Below are positions 10,570-23,683 of a stretch of 25,711 bases of DNA, piece by piece. The notes below the pieces were generated by a model that saw only the letters and a list, made by a program, of their open reading frames with translations, was not told where the DNA came from and searched no databases. The DNA lies in NCBI GenBank assembly GCA_013239625.1, contig MU053652.1, positions 9,064,077-9,089,787 of the forward strand, written 5' to 3'. Both the position numbers and the translations under genes were made by a program. How positions within the stretch are numbered: position 1 is the first letter of the stretch; each line of letters opens with the position of its first letter. The DNA comes from Lama guanicoe (lineage: Eukaryota).

Positions 10570-11480
10570 AGTCACTTAACCAATATTTACCAAGTGCCTG
10601 CAATGTGTCTGACCCTGTTTACTGCAATAGCAGAGCTTACATTCTAGTGGGAGGAGACAGATGATAAATAAATGACATCTCATGTGTCATTTGGTGATAT
10701 GTGTAGTGGAGATAAATATGATACAGAAAAAAAAAAGAGTGGCAGTGTTAGTTTAAATAGGATGATCAGGGAGTGCCTTGCTGCGAAATTGACATTGAAC
10801 AAAAATTTGAAGGAGGTGAGGGATCAAGCCACATCCACCAGGGAAAAGTCTTCCAAGCTGAGAGAATAGCAGTGCTGAGGTCTGGCGGTCTTTTTGAGTG
10901 GAGGATTAGAGTAAATCATGTTTTAAAATGTTTATTCTGCCTCCTGTGTGGATAATAGTTGGAGGTGACAGGAGGAGAGCAAAACTGATCAGACTGTTAG
11001 CTTGTACTAGCTCAGATGCTTGGTCATAAATAATGGAGCTTACATGAGGGTGGCGGAAGTGGAGGCTGTGATGCACAGACAAATCTTGAATGTATTTTAG
11101 AGGTCTGATCCTCCAGGACTCACTGATGAAATGAATGTGGACTATGAGAGAGGGAGGGGTCAGAGATGATTCCAAGATTTTGGTTTGAGTAACTGGAAGG
11201 AGTTGCTGTAGAGTGAGGTGGGGTGACTCCAAGAGGAGCAGACTTGGATGGGAGGGTCAGGAGTTGAGTTTAGGGCCTGTCGAGTTTGATTAGCCCATTA
11301 GATATTTAAGGGGAGATGCTGAGTGGGTCATTGGCTATGAGTCTGTAGCTCAGGAGGGTGGCTTCTCCTGATACCCATTCGGCAGTTGTCAGAGACTAGA
11401 TGGTAGCTAAAGCCAGGAGACTGGATGAGAGCAAGGAGTGAGTGTAGATGACGTTCAAGGTCCACGTCCTGGGATAAGAA
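10570..11480 (-). mobile_element. L2 (L2a-like) LINE remnant
   Basis: caatatttaccaagtgcctgcaatgtgtc...cagagcttacattctagtgggaggagacaga...gatgattccaagattttggtttgagtaactggaagg...ggagactggatgaga. Confidence 0.8.
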
Positions 11481-12658
11481 TGTTAGGCACCAGAAACTAG
11501 ACTCTAATCTCACAATAGGCAGAAGACAGGAGAGTTCACAAACAGTAAGAGCATGGGGAGAAAATATATTTCACATAGGTGTATGGAATACAGTCTTTTA
11601 ATTTCATATACACTGGATAGTGGCTGTAGTTAATTTGCAGTATTTCTGAAGAACAAATTCAAAAAGTACTTAATGGAAAGAGTGTTTCACTTTAAGCAGA
11701 TAAACTCCTCAAAAATTACCTTAGAAACATTTTTTTGTTATATGAACTTTTGTTCATTACAAGAAAGTTAATAAAAACAGACCCAGCAGGGCTGCTTTTG
11801 TTCAACATTTTGTAGCCAGTTACTTGTAGTTGAATGAATGTAAAGTATTCTTAAGCTCATGCACATGGTAAAATCATATTATCTGAGGAAATAAAATGAC
11901 TGTTTAAAACATTCTATAGTTACAATATAATATAATGTATTTTTTAATGCATGAATTTATAAGACATTTCCAAGAGAGAGGGAAGATGCCCAAGGAAAGA
12001 GGAAGAACGTGGTTTTATGGAGGTGAGGAAATGAAAACAGGCAGCATGTGCTACTTTGAAAATGATGCTTACTTGTGAAAGGATGGAGAAAGAGACAGAG
12101 CCAGAGAAAGAGAGGGAGAGACAGAGAAAGACTTGTGTACGGACTTGAGAAGGAGTGTTGTTATTTTTAAGGTAGAAGAGAGATCTGGGTGTTTTTAGAG
12201 TAACTGAAAGGAAGGAACACTGTAATTACAGGGGGGCAATGCAAGAAAGAGAAAAAATTCAAGAAGAGTGGTCTTGGAGGATTTAGAAAAAAGCTGAGCT
12301 CTAGCTCACTGGGATTAGTCTCAGGAAGGACTCTTTTTGAGACCAGAAGGAAGGACATGGGGATGAATGGGTCATTATGTAGACCTATTTGTAGATGGTG
12401 CTGGGCTAAAAGTTAAAGGAAATCATGCCTTTGTTCTTTTACTGACTACTATTAGGGGCGTTTGACTCCCTGCTAGGACCTTCCTTTCATCTCTAATCAC
12501 AACCCTGTCCTTGGTTGGTGACCTGGCATTTTCTAAGTATTTCATTGTGCACCTGATGGTAATTTATGTTAGCAAGGCAAGATACATTTTATAAGAGGAA
12601 AAAATATGAAATGCTCACTTGCTTGTGAATGTGTTTTACTCATTAAAATTAAGCTTGA

Positions 12659-12925
<267 letters not shown>

Positions 12926-13249
12926 TAGGAAAGTGAATCATCATACTATATGTATTACAAAAATTAAAAGGAAAAAGCAGAGAGAAGGATAACAAGTATG
13001 GCTAGGCTCTGGATTTTAGGTAGTTCTATTTGAAAGAATAGAAGGAGAGGTCAATTTGGTGATGAGAAATTTAAGAATGGAAGAAAGGGAAAAACAGAGG
13101 GTACAGGTACAGGCAGGAACCAGCAGAGGAGCAGTCAAGCAAGGATAAGAGCCGGAGAAAAGCTTCACTGGACTTTTGTCCCAGTTGGTACTTTGAACTG
13201 TCTTTAGTTGAGAAGCACCACATGTTATGACTCTATATCAGGTGAGACT

Positions 13250-14135
13250 GCTTGGATGTCTGTAGTCATCAGAGTAAGCGGACAGTAAATGTGCAGGGAT
13301 ATACGGTGCTAAAGCCGTACCAGCCACCCCAACGTCAGTGGCAGGTCCTGAGCACTCCCCCCGCCCCCGGCAACTCAACATGGAACACGTGTCTTTTTCA
13401 AGTTCATCCGGATGGTCCCTGTGCTGGGTCACAAAACAATTCTTAATAAATTTAAAAGGTTTGACATCACAGAGTATGTGCTCTGACTATAATAAAATTG
13501 ACTTTGAAATTATAATAGAAAGAGAGCTTTAAAATTTCCAAATATTTGGAAGACAGTGTATTTTTGAGTAACCCGTACGTTCAGAGGAAATCACAGGAAA
13601 AATCAAAAAATATTTTGAATTGAATGAGAATTTAAGACATGGCATACCAAGATTTGGGGGATGCAAATAAAGTAGTGCCTAGAAGGAAATTTATAGCACT
13701 GAGTGCTTTTAGTAGGAAAAAAAGAAAGTTCTCAAATTAATGATCTAAACTTACATCATAAGAAGCTAGAGAATGAAGAATTTAAAATCAAAGCAAATAG
13801 AAAGAAGGAAATAATAAAGGTAAGAGGGAAAAGTCAAGGAAATTAAAACAGGAAAACAGTGGAGAAAATAAAAATCTGGTTCTTTAAAAGAAATCAATAA
13901 AATTGTTAAACTTCCTATTAGACTATTTAAAAAAGAGAGAAAAAAAAGAAAAAAGAGAGAAGCCAGTATTTACCAATATTAGGAATACAGAGGAATCACA
14001 CTATATATCTTATAGCCGTTCAAAGGATAAGGGAAAATTATGAATAGGCCGATAAATGTAATAACATTGATGAAAGAGACAAATCTTAGAAAGACACACG
14101 TTTCCAAAACCAACTCAAGAAAAAATAAAGAACTT
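13250..14135 (+). mobile_element. Old L1M ORF2 5' (endonuclease-region) remnant
   Basis: A-rich degenerate ORF2: ctgggtcacaaaacaattcttaataaatttaaaagg...aaaatattttgaattgaatga...tagaaggaaatttatagcactgagtgc...aaaatctggttctttaaaagaaatcaataaaattg. Confidence 0.8.
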
Positions 14136-14159
14136 TAATGTCAGTGTACAAAATTCCAC

Positions 14160-14627
14160 TCACAAGCATTTATCAAGAGAAACAAATTATGTTTTGTAAA
14201 GAATTATTTGTAGTAGCTGCATTCGTAATAGCCCAGACAATCCAAATGCTCCTCAGCAGAGAGATAAGTAAATGGTGGTATATGCACACATTGGAAAACT
14301 CCTCAGCAATAAAAAAACAAAAGCAAACTAGTGATACTCACAGAGTACCCACGAATCTCAAAAACATCGTGCTGAGTGAAAGCAGACACCCAAAAAAGAG
14401 CAAAGACTCATTTCATTTGTATCAAACTGTAGAAGGAACTGTACAGACAAAATCAGTCGTTGTTTGGGGCCAAGCATTGAGGAGGGTTGAGTGGGGTGAT
14501 GGGAATGTTCTGTATCTTGGTTATGTTGGTGGTAATGTGGGTGAGTACGTTTGTTGCCAGTGATCAAACTATACACTTTAAATTGGGGTGACTTATTATA
14601 TATAAATTATTCCTTTAAAAGTTTGAC
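14160..14627 (+). mobile_element. Old L1M (L1ME/MD-like) 3' end
   Basis: aatggtggtatatgcacacattggaaaactcctcagcaataaaaa...gaatctcaaaaacatcgtgctgagtgaaagcagac...ggggtgatgggaatgttctgtatcttg. Confidence 0.8.
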
Positions 14628-14799
14628 ATCAGTAGGTCAAAGAAAATTCAGCCAGGGTACAGAGAGGGAAAGTTCTATTGCTGAAAAGAAGAGGAGAGTG
14701 AATAATGAAGTCTTCTCTACAGGCATGCTGAGTATTTGGTCTCTAAAGGACACCCAGAGTGAGAGACTCATAAGGTGGTTGGTTGGGTCTTGAAATAAA

Positions 14800-15130
14800 A
14801 TACCTGTGTTAGAGATACAGGCTTGGAGTCATCAGTCTAGAGAGAGTACTTAAAATTTAGGACTGGATGAGATTAACTAAGGAAAAGATACGTAGAGATT
14901 GAAGAGAACAGAGCCTGGAACAGAATCCTGAGTGTGACTGGTGTTCAGGAAAGGACAGGGGACACCACGATAGGAGGGGTGGGCGTGGGAAGAGGAGCCT
15001 GCAGGGACATAGGGTGGAATGTTTGAGTCAGGCATGTGCTAATGGAAGGAGAGTTCCTCGTGGCTCTGAAAAGTGAGTCAAGATCTGACAAGTGCCCACT
15101 GAGTTTAGCTACGTGGGTCACTGAAATAGC
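14800..15130 (-). mobile_element. L2 remnant
   Basis: ttggagtcatcagtctagagagagtacttaaa...ggactggatgagattaactaagga...aagtgcccactgagtttagctacgtgggtcactg. Confidence 0.55.
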
Positions 15131-15289
15131 TGATGGGCGGGCCGTGGGGCAGCTCATAGTGTCAGTGGTGACTTTGTTTTTGCTTGGTCATTTGTTTTTG
15201 GTACGAGAGAAATGGAGGCGTGTTTAAATGGTGCTAAGAAAGAACCAATAGAGAGGGACAAAGAAAAGACATAATTCAAGAGTGAATTC

Positions 15290-15291
<2 letters not shown>

Positions 15292-15329
<38 letters not shown>
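15292..15329 (+). repeat. (GA)19 microsatellite
   Basis: Perfect GA dinucleotide run of 38 nt. Confidence 0.95.
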
Positions 15330-15335
<6 letters not shown>

Positions 15336-15625
15336 GGAACTGGGATGTGGAGCAAAGGTGGAGAAATTAACCCTAGAGAAGGAGAGGGGCACTCTTTCCA
15401 TTTTAGCAGAAAAGTGGAAGGAATCGGTAGGGACGCAGCTGGGCTAGTGCTTTTGATGGCAGAGAGCTGAGGGGATTGCGAAGATGACTACTGGGGTCCC
15501 TTCCCACTCTGGGATGCTGTGGTCTGCGCTTTCTCAGAGCACCGAGTAGGTTGAAGAACGGGCAGGGAGAACAGCTTCGACTCCTCCTGACTAATGGTCT
15601 GTCTACTGGTCTGACTCCGCCACAG

Positions 15626-15693
15626 GGATGATCAACATTTTACATGGAATGGGTTTAAGGCTCCTTGCTTTGGGACACCACACCCCTTTTATG
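15626..15693 (+). CDS. AASS: AASS exon 5
   Basis: ccacag|GG...ATG|gtgaga; (G)[22 protein letters not shown]; 68 nt. Confidence 0.96.
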
Positions 15694-15726
15694 GTGAGAT
15701 GTTTGTTGTGTTTATTTCTTCTGTAA

Positions 15727-16086
<360 letters not shown>

Positions 16087-16162
16087 TAGTTTTCCCATGG
16101 TAAAGGTCCAAACTTACTGTCTTTGCTTTTAGTTGGTTCTAAGCTGTTAGAGACATTGGCTG

Positions 16163-16198
16163 CTTTTTCTTTTCTTTTCTTTTCTTTTTTTTCTTTTT
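16163..16198 (+). repeat. (CTTTT)n / T-rich simple repeat
   Basis: ctttttcttttcttttcttttctttttttctttt. Confidence 0.8.
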
Positions 16199-16637
16199 AG
16201 AAGGATAACTCCTTGTTGTGTAAAGGTCTGTTCTTAGGGTGTTCTGTTTTAGCTCCATCCCTGAGATGTCTAAAAGTTTGGAACTGGACCCCAGGATGTA
16301 AATTTTTCAAGACTACTTGGAGTTTTGCCAATAAGATGCTAAGAAACTTAATTCAGGACTGGAGTTAATACTTTCTTCCTTCTGGGATGGTTTTTAGAAT
16401 GCATCTGTGATCCCCCAGAGAAACTTGTGATTGTAAAATAGATATTTCTTCAATGAAAATATTTTACCAATAGGACATCACTGTTTTGTATTATACTGTG
16501 AGAGAGTCATCTGAGTGTTTTTTTTCTTCTAGGAAATACAGTTTCCTTATTTGAAATAATTTCTGCAATGAGGCAAAAAATAAATAGAAATATTTTTATT
16601 GTACTGCCATTTATAAACACTCTTGTTTCTACTCTGA

Positions 16638-16994
<357 letters not shown>

Positions 16995-17080
16995 TGAATG
17001 GTTTCTGTGTTATAATATTTTATCACCATAAATCTTCATCATTCATGACCCACTTTGCTAATTTCTTTCTCCTTTGCAAG

Positions 17081-17208
17081 ATCTGAGAAAGGTGTACGGG
17101 ACGGTGTTAAGTCGCCATCATCATCTCGTCAGGAAGACCGACGGTGTGTATGACCCCGTGGAGTATGACAGGCACCCTGAGCGCTACACCAGTCGGTTTA
17201 GCACCAAC
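17081..17208 (+). CDS. AASS: AASS exon 8
   Basis: ctttgcaag|AT...AAC|gtgagt; (D)[42 protein letters not shown]; 128 nt; AAG acceptor. Confidence 0.96.
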
Positions 17209-18169
17209 GTGAGTATCGCACCAATGCTGCGGGCTTGGCTGCTCATGCTACACCCTAGTTAGGCTGCTTTCAAAGAGAGAAACTGTGAGTGTGTGGACCG
17301 GGTGTCAGTTTCCCGTGTTACCTCGTGAGCCCTTTGGGGACCGTGAGGTGGCCTCAGGAGTTGCTGGCTTTTACTGATGTTCGGACTGGCCTTTGCTCAG
17401 TGGCTTTGGCGGTTTCTGTGGGCATGCCCTTTGCTTCACTGACTCTGTTTCTACTCCGGGTCTGGGTGTACCCAATAGCTCTAAACCATTTCCTGTGGAT
17501 TACCATTTTCCATTTTTAATCCTGAACTAGTTAGTACTGTTGACCAAGCACAATGTCTGTGAGGTGTGAGCTCAACATAGGTCTGTCCCTTCTATGGCCA
17601 CAAATTGCAGCCATAAGCTTAGCTAGTCTTCTTGAAATACATGCCGTGGATTACAGGGGACAGGATGAAAGAGTTACCTGTATAAGCACGGACCCATCCC
17701 CACTCTACAAAAAAGCTCTTTCCAACTCAGATCCTTCTGATGGGGAGACACTGGTCTCATCCTGTGAGAAGGATAATATGTTTGTGGGCTCTGTAGTCAC
17801 TGTACAGCCCTCCTCAAAAGAAACCAACCAAAGTGTAGGCACTATTGTGCACTTATTTCCTATTGTGGAAAGGAATGTTTTAAGTCATTTTAAATATGTT
17901 TGAAGAATATAACGCTTTTAGATGCTAGTGTGAAACTTAGCGTCATAGCATGTAGAGCATGTTACAGAGAAGGGCTGTTACCTGTAGCTTGAGCATGCTT
18001 GAGGTGCTTGAGAAACGGTTATAGAACTCATTTCAAGTTGAAAAACCTTGAATCGAGTATATTTCCATCCCTTCTCTTTTTTCCAATCACAGAAGTGTGG
18101 GGTGGTTGGATGCATCCTAAAATGTATACTGACCTAGTTACCATGTACGCATGCACGTAGCACACTTGT

Positions 18170-18330
18170 CCGTGGAGCTTACAGATGTTATCTGATTTAA
18201 TCTTCACAGCATTCCTTTGAGGAATGGGGTACGTATTATCCCCGCCTGGCAGGTAAGGAAGACAGAGCCCAGAGAAGTTGAGGTAGCATGACTGAGAGCA
18301 CATCCAACTAGAGACTGAGCTGGAAATAGA
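18170..18330 (-). mobile_element. MIR SINE
   Basis: gttatctgatttaatcttcacagcattcctttgagg...attatccccgcctggcaggtaaggaagacagagcccagagaagttgaggtagcatgactgagagcaca. Confidence 0.8.
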
Positions 18331-18587
18331 GCACTAGGTCCCTGGAATTTCTCTTATTTCCTTTTTCTTAGCTACGCAACGCATTACAGAACGGGAATAT
18401 TAATATATTTACGTTCATATATTTCTCTATAATGGGGGTAATTCTTCACAGAAATCTGGGTGGGTATTCATTGTCTCTGCCTCGAAAGGTGGCGAACGAC
18501 TTGGCAAATAACAAAGTCAGTCAGAAGTAACGTTAAATTACTTCTCATGAACTTGACCGGTAGGTCTCTTTGAGCACCCTGCTTTGA

Positions 18588-18782
<195 letters not shown>

Positions 18783-19102
18783 TAAGGACTTCAGCAGTAA
18801 TGGCAGTTTTCAGCCAGGCCCTGTGAGGGTGTCACACATCGGGGACCCGCACATCACAAGACTTGACTACCAATGGCCAGTTGTCTGCCTTGTCTTGTTC
18901 GACCTCCTGGCAGACATTGACAGTTAACCTTCCCTCCTGGGAATTCTCTTAACTTCTGTGACTCCACATGCAGCCCAGAAGGCAGCTCCTCAGAGAGGTC
19001 GTCTCCTGCTTCCATGTTCCCAGCTCCCTTCAGTCTGTTACTGGGTTTTTTCCCCCTGAAATTTATGATCATTTATTTCCCTGTGTTTATGACTTTCCCT
19101 GC

Positions 19103-19310
19103 CCTACTAGAACTTAATCTCTCTAAGGACAGGGGCCCTATTTATCCTGGTCACATGTACCCAGTACATTGTCTGACATATAATAGTCATTCAAATAATT
19201 ACTAGGTGTTGAATAAATTAATTAATCAGTAAGTATTCGTGGAACACCTGGTCTGCCTGGCACTCTGCTAAGCTGAAGGGCAGAGGAAAAACATGGTTGC
19301 TACCTTCAGG
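19103..19310. mobile_element. Two L2 3' ends in apparent tail-to-tail orientation
   Basis: + copy ~19103-19220 (ctagaacttaatctctctaaggacagggg...gtctgacatataatagtcattcaaata...tgaataaat); - copy ~19221-19310 (aagtattcgtggaacacctggtctgcctggcactctgctaag...acatggttgctaccttcagg). Confidence 0.55.
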
Positions 19311-20047
19311 CATGTGGCTGGCACCAAGTAAATGCCCAGGGAATGTTAGGAGCAACCAGTATCGCAAGAGTGTAGAAGAGAGTGGGAGCGAGGGCGCAGC
19401 AAGGCCTTTAGGAGGAGTGAGGAGAATAAGAATTTCAGGTGATAGGATTGGTGTTTGATAAATATGGAGCCATCAAAGCACAATTTAAGACAATGAGTGG
19501 GACAGTCTAGTCCCAGTATGAAGTTTATATGGGCAAATGGAAATTGGGAGGTTGGGCAGGAAAACTGGTCAGCTGCTCAAGGAGTTTGAATCCTAGGCTG
19601 AGACTTTTGTTCCTAATTACAGAGATTTCTGTCATAATATGTAAAATCATGTACTATTCAGCAGGATGGGGATGGTGTAATGAAACCTTTGTAAGTGATT
19701 TAAAGTTGGCAAACTCGTTAACTTGAGGCTGCTCGCAATGATATCTCAAGGTATGGGTTTTTGTTTTTACTTTTCTCTCTTCCTTTTCCTTCTTCCTCCC
19801 TCCGCTTCCTCCTCCTCCTCTTTTTCCTTTTGCTTGTGGAGACTAAAACTGCTACTGGGAAGATTCTCTATATCCCAGAAGATCAGTTTCCTGAACAGTG
19901 AGCTATAGGATAAAGAGCTGAGAGCCTCAGAGATGTTTGGCATCTACACTGAAAATTGTTCAAGGACCTTTCATTTTTATTCATTTTAAATTTTGTTGGA
20001 AACTTGAGCGTTCCATGCCCTCATCTAAGTATCGATGTTATTTACAG

Positions 20048-20170
20048 ACTTGTGGCAATATGTGACATCTCGGCCGACACAGGAGGGTCTATTGAGTTTA
20101 TGACGGAGTGCACAACAATTGAGCGTCCCTTTTGCATGTATGATGCAGATCAGCATATTATTCACGGCAG
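20048..20170 (+). CDS. AASS: AASS exon 10
   Basis: tttacag|A...GCAG|gtgagt; [40 protein letters not shown](S); 123 nt. Confidence 0.97.
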
Positions 20171-20549
20171 GTGAGTTCGCTAAAGCTGAGATGATACATC
20201 ATTTGCTCACTTGGGAATATGAGGCTAACATAGTCAATATTTTACATCTGTAGGAAGGCTATGCAAATTTCCAGAGATGCGTTCAAGCATATTAAAAAAA
20301 TTGATAGAAAAACCACATAAAAATCTGAAAGCTTAAATACATATGTACTGTATTTAAATGGGAGACGGGTTGCCGAAGAAGGGAAAAGTGTTGTTTGAAA
20401 AGTCCTGTTTGTTTTCTTATGTACTGGGGTAACTGGGGTACAGAGTCACAAATGATTATGAAACAAATGTAATGGAGTCAACATCTGGAAACATTAGCGC
20501 TTACAAATAACATTTTGTCCGTCTGAATAAAGCGTGTTGCTTCTCCTAG

Positions 20550-20661
20550 TGTTGAAGGCTCTGGGATTCTGATGTGTTCCATTGACAATTTGCCGGCACA
20601 GCTTCCAATTGAAGCTACAGAATACTTTGGAGACATGCTTTACCCTTATGTTGAAGAGATG
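20550..20661 (+). CDS. AASS: AASS exon 11
   Basis: ttctcctag|T...ATG|gtaagc; [37 protein letters not shown] with the IDNLP motif; 112 nt. Confidence 0.97.
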
Positions 20662-21884
20662 GTAAGCAGACGGGTCGCGTCCGCAGCACCTCTGTGGCTT
20701 TAAAAAGAACAGTGGAATAATGATCTTATGAATGTTCTGGTCTTCCGTGTCTAAGAAATCTGTTGTAAAATGAAATGCCAGCCCTTCCCCAAAGTACTTA
20801 TTGACACTCTTATTTTACATATTCTGCTTACTTGCCGTTTGGGAAATATGATTATATAACCACCTCCGTGCTTAGTTACCACTGCACTTGCCTCTTATCA
20901 TGCACATTTTATTAAGAGTGTTCCTGACATGTGATAAAATATTTGCTTTAATTGAACTTCTTTCCCCTGCTTCCTAGGTCAGTTCATTCTGGGACATTCT
21001 TACTGCCCTGTGATTAGCAGATTTGAAAGATCATAAATATAGAAAATGTTACTGGATTTTAGTCACTAATGTTAAATGACAGTTAAATGACAACCTGTGT
21101 TCTGGTCGCATATCTTTCACTGTGATCAGTGATTGGATGCTGAAATACTGTGCAAGTTCCGTTTTCTTTATTAAGAAAATCTTTCTTGTTTCAGTGTGTA
21201 GCCCGTGTTCATCCCCCTCCTGCTTTATTTCTATTGCTGATGACTGTCTGCCTCTGGCCGTGGTTCCAAAGGCATGAATAGTGGCTCTTGGCCTTTGCAT
21301 CCACAGTTTCACCCAGGAGCTCTCACTCTTAAACGGGACGGTAGTTAGTGAGGCATGAATAGGGTGCGACTTCCAGTCTGTGACCTTCCTGGCTTTCTCA
21401 TACTATTCCATTTTAACCCTTTCTGAAAAAGTCAGCAGGGAGACCTAACAGGCTCTAGAAAACGCAGGCAGCAGGTATTATCCTGGTTAGACACAGTGGT
21501 ATGTAGTTCAGAGCAACTCTTAGCTTATTACATCAAATTATGGGAAACGTTGAATGCTCATTTGTCTTTGCGGGTGGGTTTGACTGTTATTTCTTGGAAT
21601 GTCTTGGAATGTCTGGTTGCTCTGGCATCATCAACCACTCTAAGAAGTTGTTCCAAGCCGTTTTCAACTCACAAATTATTATGTTTCAGAAATTCAATTG
21701 TAAGTTTATTTCTTTTGGCCCTTAGAACGTTTTTTTCACTTCAATTTGTCCTTAATCAAAATTGCCATTCATTCAGTACAGTTGATCTCATACAGACGTT
21801 TGGAGAAAATCAAGCCAATTCAGTGAACTCTTAGAAAGGTGTGATTGAGGGTTAGCCCATGTAACTGATGAGGGATAATTAAAA

Positions 21885-22145
21885 ATTTTTTTTAAAGAAC
21901 AAAATATAATTTTTTACATTGTATAAGAGTGTAAATATTAAAGTGGCACAGATAGATGATGCATAAGTATGCAGCATGATAAATTATGACAAAGACACCC
22001 AGGTAAACAGTACATAGGTGGATATAGAACAATATTAACATCCCAGAAACCCCCTCGTGCCTCTCCCAGCATGATTCCCACTCTCCTTCCTAAAGGGACC
22101 TACCATCTTGTCTAATAACTATGGATTAGGTTTACCTTTTTGGGG
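21885..22145 (-). mobile_element. L1ME-like 3' end
   Basis: gatatagaacaatattaacatcccagaaaccccctcgtgcctctcccag...taccatcttgtctaataactatggattaggtttacc. Confidence 0.65.
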
Positions 22146-23230
22146 AAAATTTTTTTTTTGGACACATTAGTCAGAGTTTAAACTCACTTCTGATAATTTC
22201 AGTAAACATCTGGGGTCTGCTTATGTTCTCTGTTTTACTTTTTTCTTGGTTTTCAGTCAATTCTTACCACTTATTATACCTGTTTATTTGTAATTGAATG
22301 CTGAAAATTGAGTGTGTAAAGTTTTAGAGATGATTTGAGGCTCTGGATGTTGTGTCATTTTCCCCAAAGAAGACTTCCTTTGTTTCTGGAAGGGAGATAG
22401 GCCAGGAGAAAGTCACCTCAATTCAGGTAGGGGTGGAGGCCATTCATAGCTGGCCTTTAGTCCTTTGGGGACCCAGTGGTTTTCAGTTTACTATTTACTT
22501 TAGAATACAGGCTTTCAGGGTCTCAAATGAAAATCTGGCCTTTGCTAGGGTCCCCTTCAGCAGAACTTAAACTCCAGTTTTTGGTACCCTATTGCTTAAA
22601 GTCGGCCCAAAGCTCTTCTCAGTTTCTCAGTCTCTCTGCTGCTTGGTGCTCAACCTCTCAGCATCCCAGCCTCTGCTTCCACATTGGCAACTACGTCTAA
22701 GAAAAGTGGTGCTAAGTGTTGGACTCCTCTCTTTGGGCTTCCTTGTCCAGAACTGTGGTGCAGCAAGTCTTTGCTACCTTTGAACCTAAAGGCTGAGACT
22801 TGTCAGGTTTTACCTGATTTTACTCAATTGGAGGATTGGTCTGAAAAGTGCTAAGTCACCACTGCTGGATGGAAAACATACATTAAAAAAGGTGATATGC
22901 TTGTATGTACTTAAATCAGTAGCTGATAGACTTTTAGGCAGTGGGACATGGTGAGTAACGTAAGACAATGAGGTGTCGGAGATTTCTGGCCAGCCCTGGT
23001 GTTGCTTAGATGTCCAATGACGAACCCAGCACCTTCCTCCTCAGCAGTGTGGTGGGATCGCCTTGGTGACATCTATCCTCAGCCTATTTTTAAGCACTGG
23101 ATGTTTGTGAAAATTGGTGACTGTCTCTTTGCAGCCTTGATATATGTGTATCTGCTTACCACTGAAAAGTGAAGTATACATGTCTGCGTTCTCTTCTGAT
23201 AACTGTATGGGAGCTGTATTTAAAGTACCT

Positions 23231-23683
23231 CGGAGCATACTTCAGAGATTTTGTGGGATCGGTTCCAGACCACTGCAATAAAGTGAATATAGCAATAAAA
23301 AGAACTGCCAAGCTTTTTGGTTTCCCAGTGCATATAAAAGTTAGTTTTACACTATACTGTAGTCTGTTAAGTGTGCGATAGTATTATGTCTAAAAGAAAC
23401 AATGGTACATACCTTAACTTAAAAACTTTATTGCTAAAATAAGCTGATCATCATCTGAGCCTTCAGTGAGCCTTAATCCTTTTGCAGTAGTAACGTCAAA
23501 GATCACTGATCACAGATCAACATAACGAATATAATAATAATGACAATGTTTGAAATATTGTGAAAATTACCAACATGTGACGCAGAGACACAAAATGAGC
23601 AAACGCTGTTGCAAAAATGGCCCAACAGACTTGCTCGGTGCAGGGTTGCCACAAACCTTCAGTTTGTTTAAAAAAAAAAAAAA
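23231..23683 (-). mobile_element. Internally deleted Tigger1 derivative (TcMar-Tigger; Tigger1a-type), one end missing
   Basis: gcatacttcagagattttgtgggatcggttccagaccactgcaataaagtgaata... joined directly to ...caaagatcactgatcacagatca...cagggttgccacaaaccttcagtttgt, then A14; both blocks are Tigger1 subterminal sequence with no transposase between them. Confidence 0.88.

Noticed and set aside
14138..14563. Longest ORF in the track (141 aa)
   Set aside because: Lies in a decayed L1M ORF2 C-terminus / 3' end; not an independent gene.
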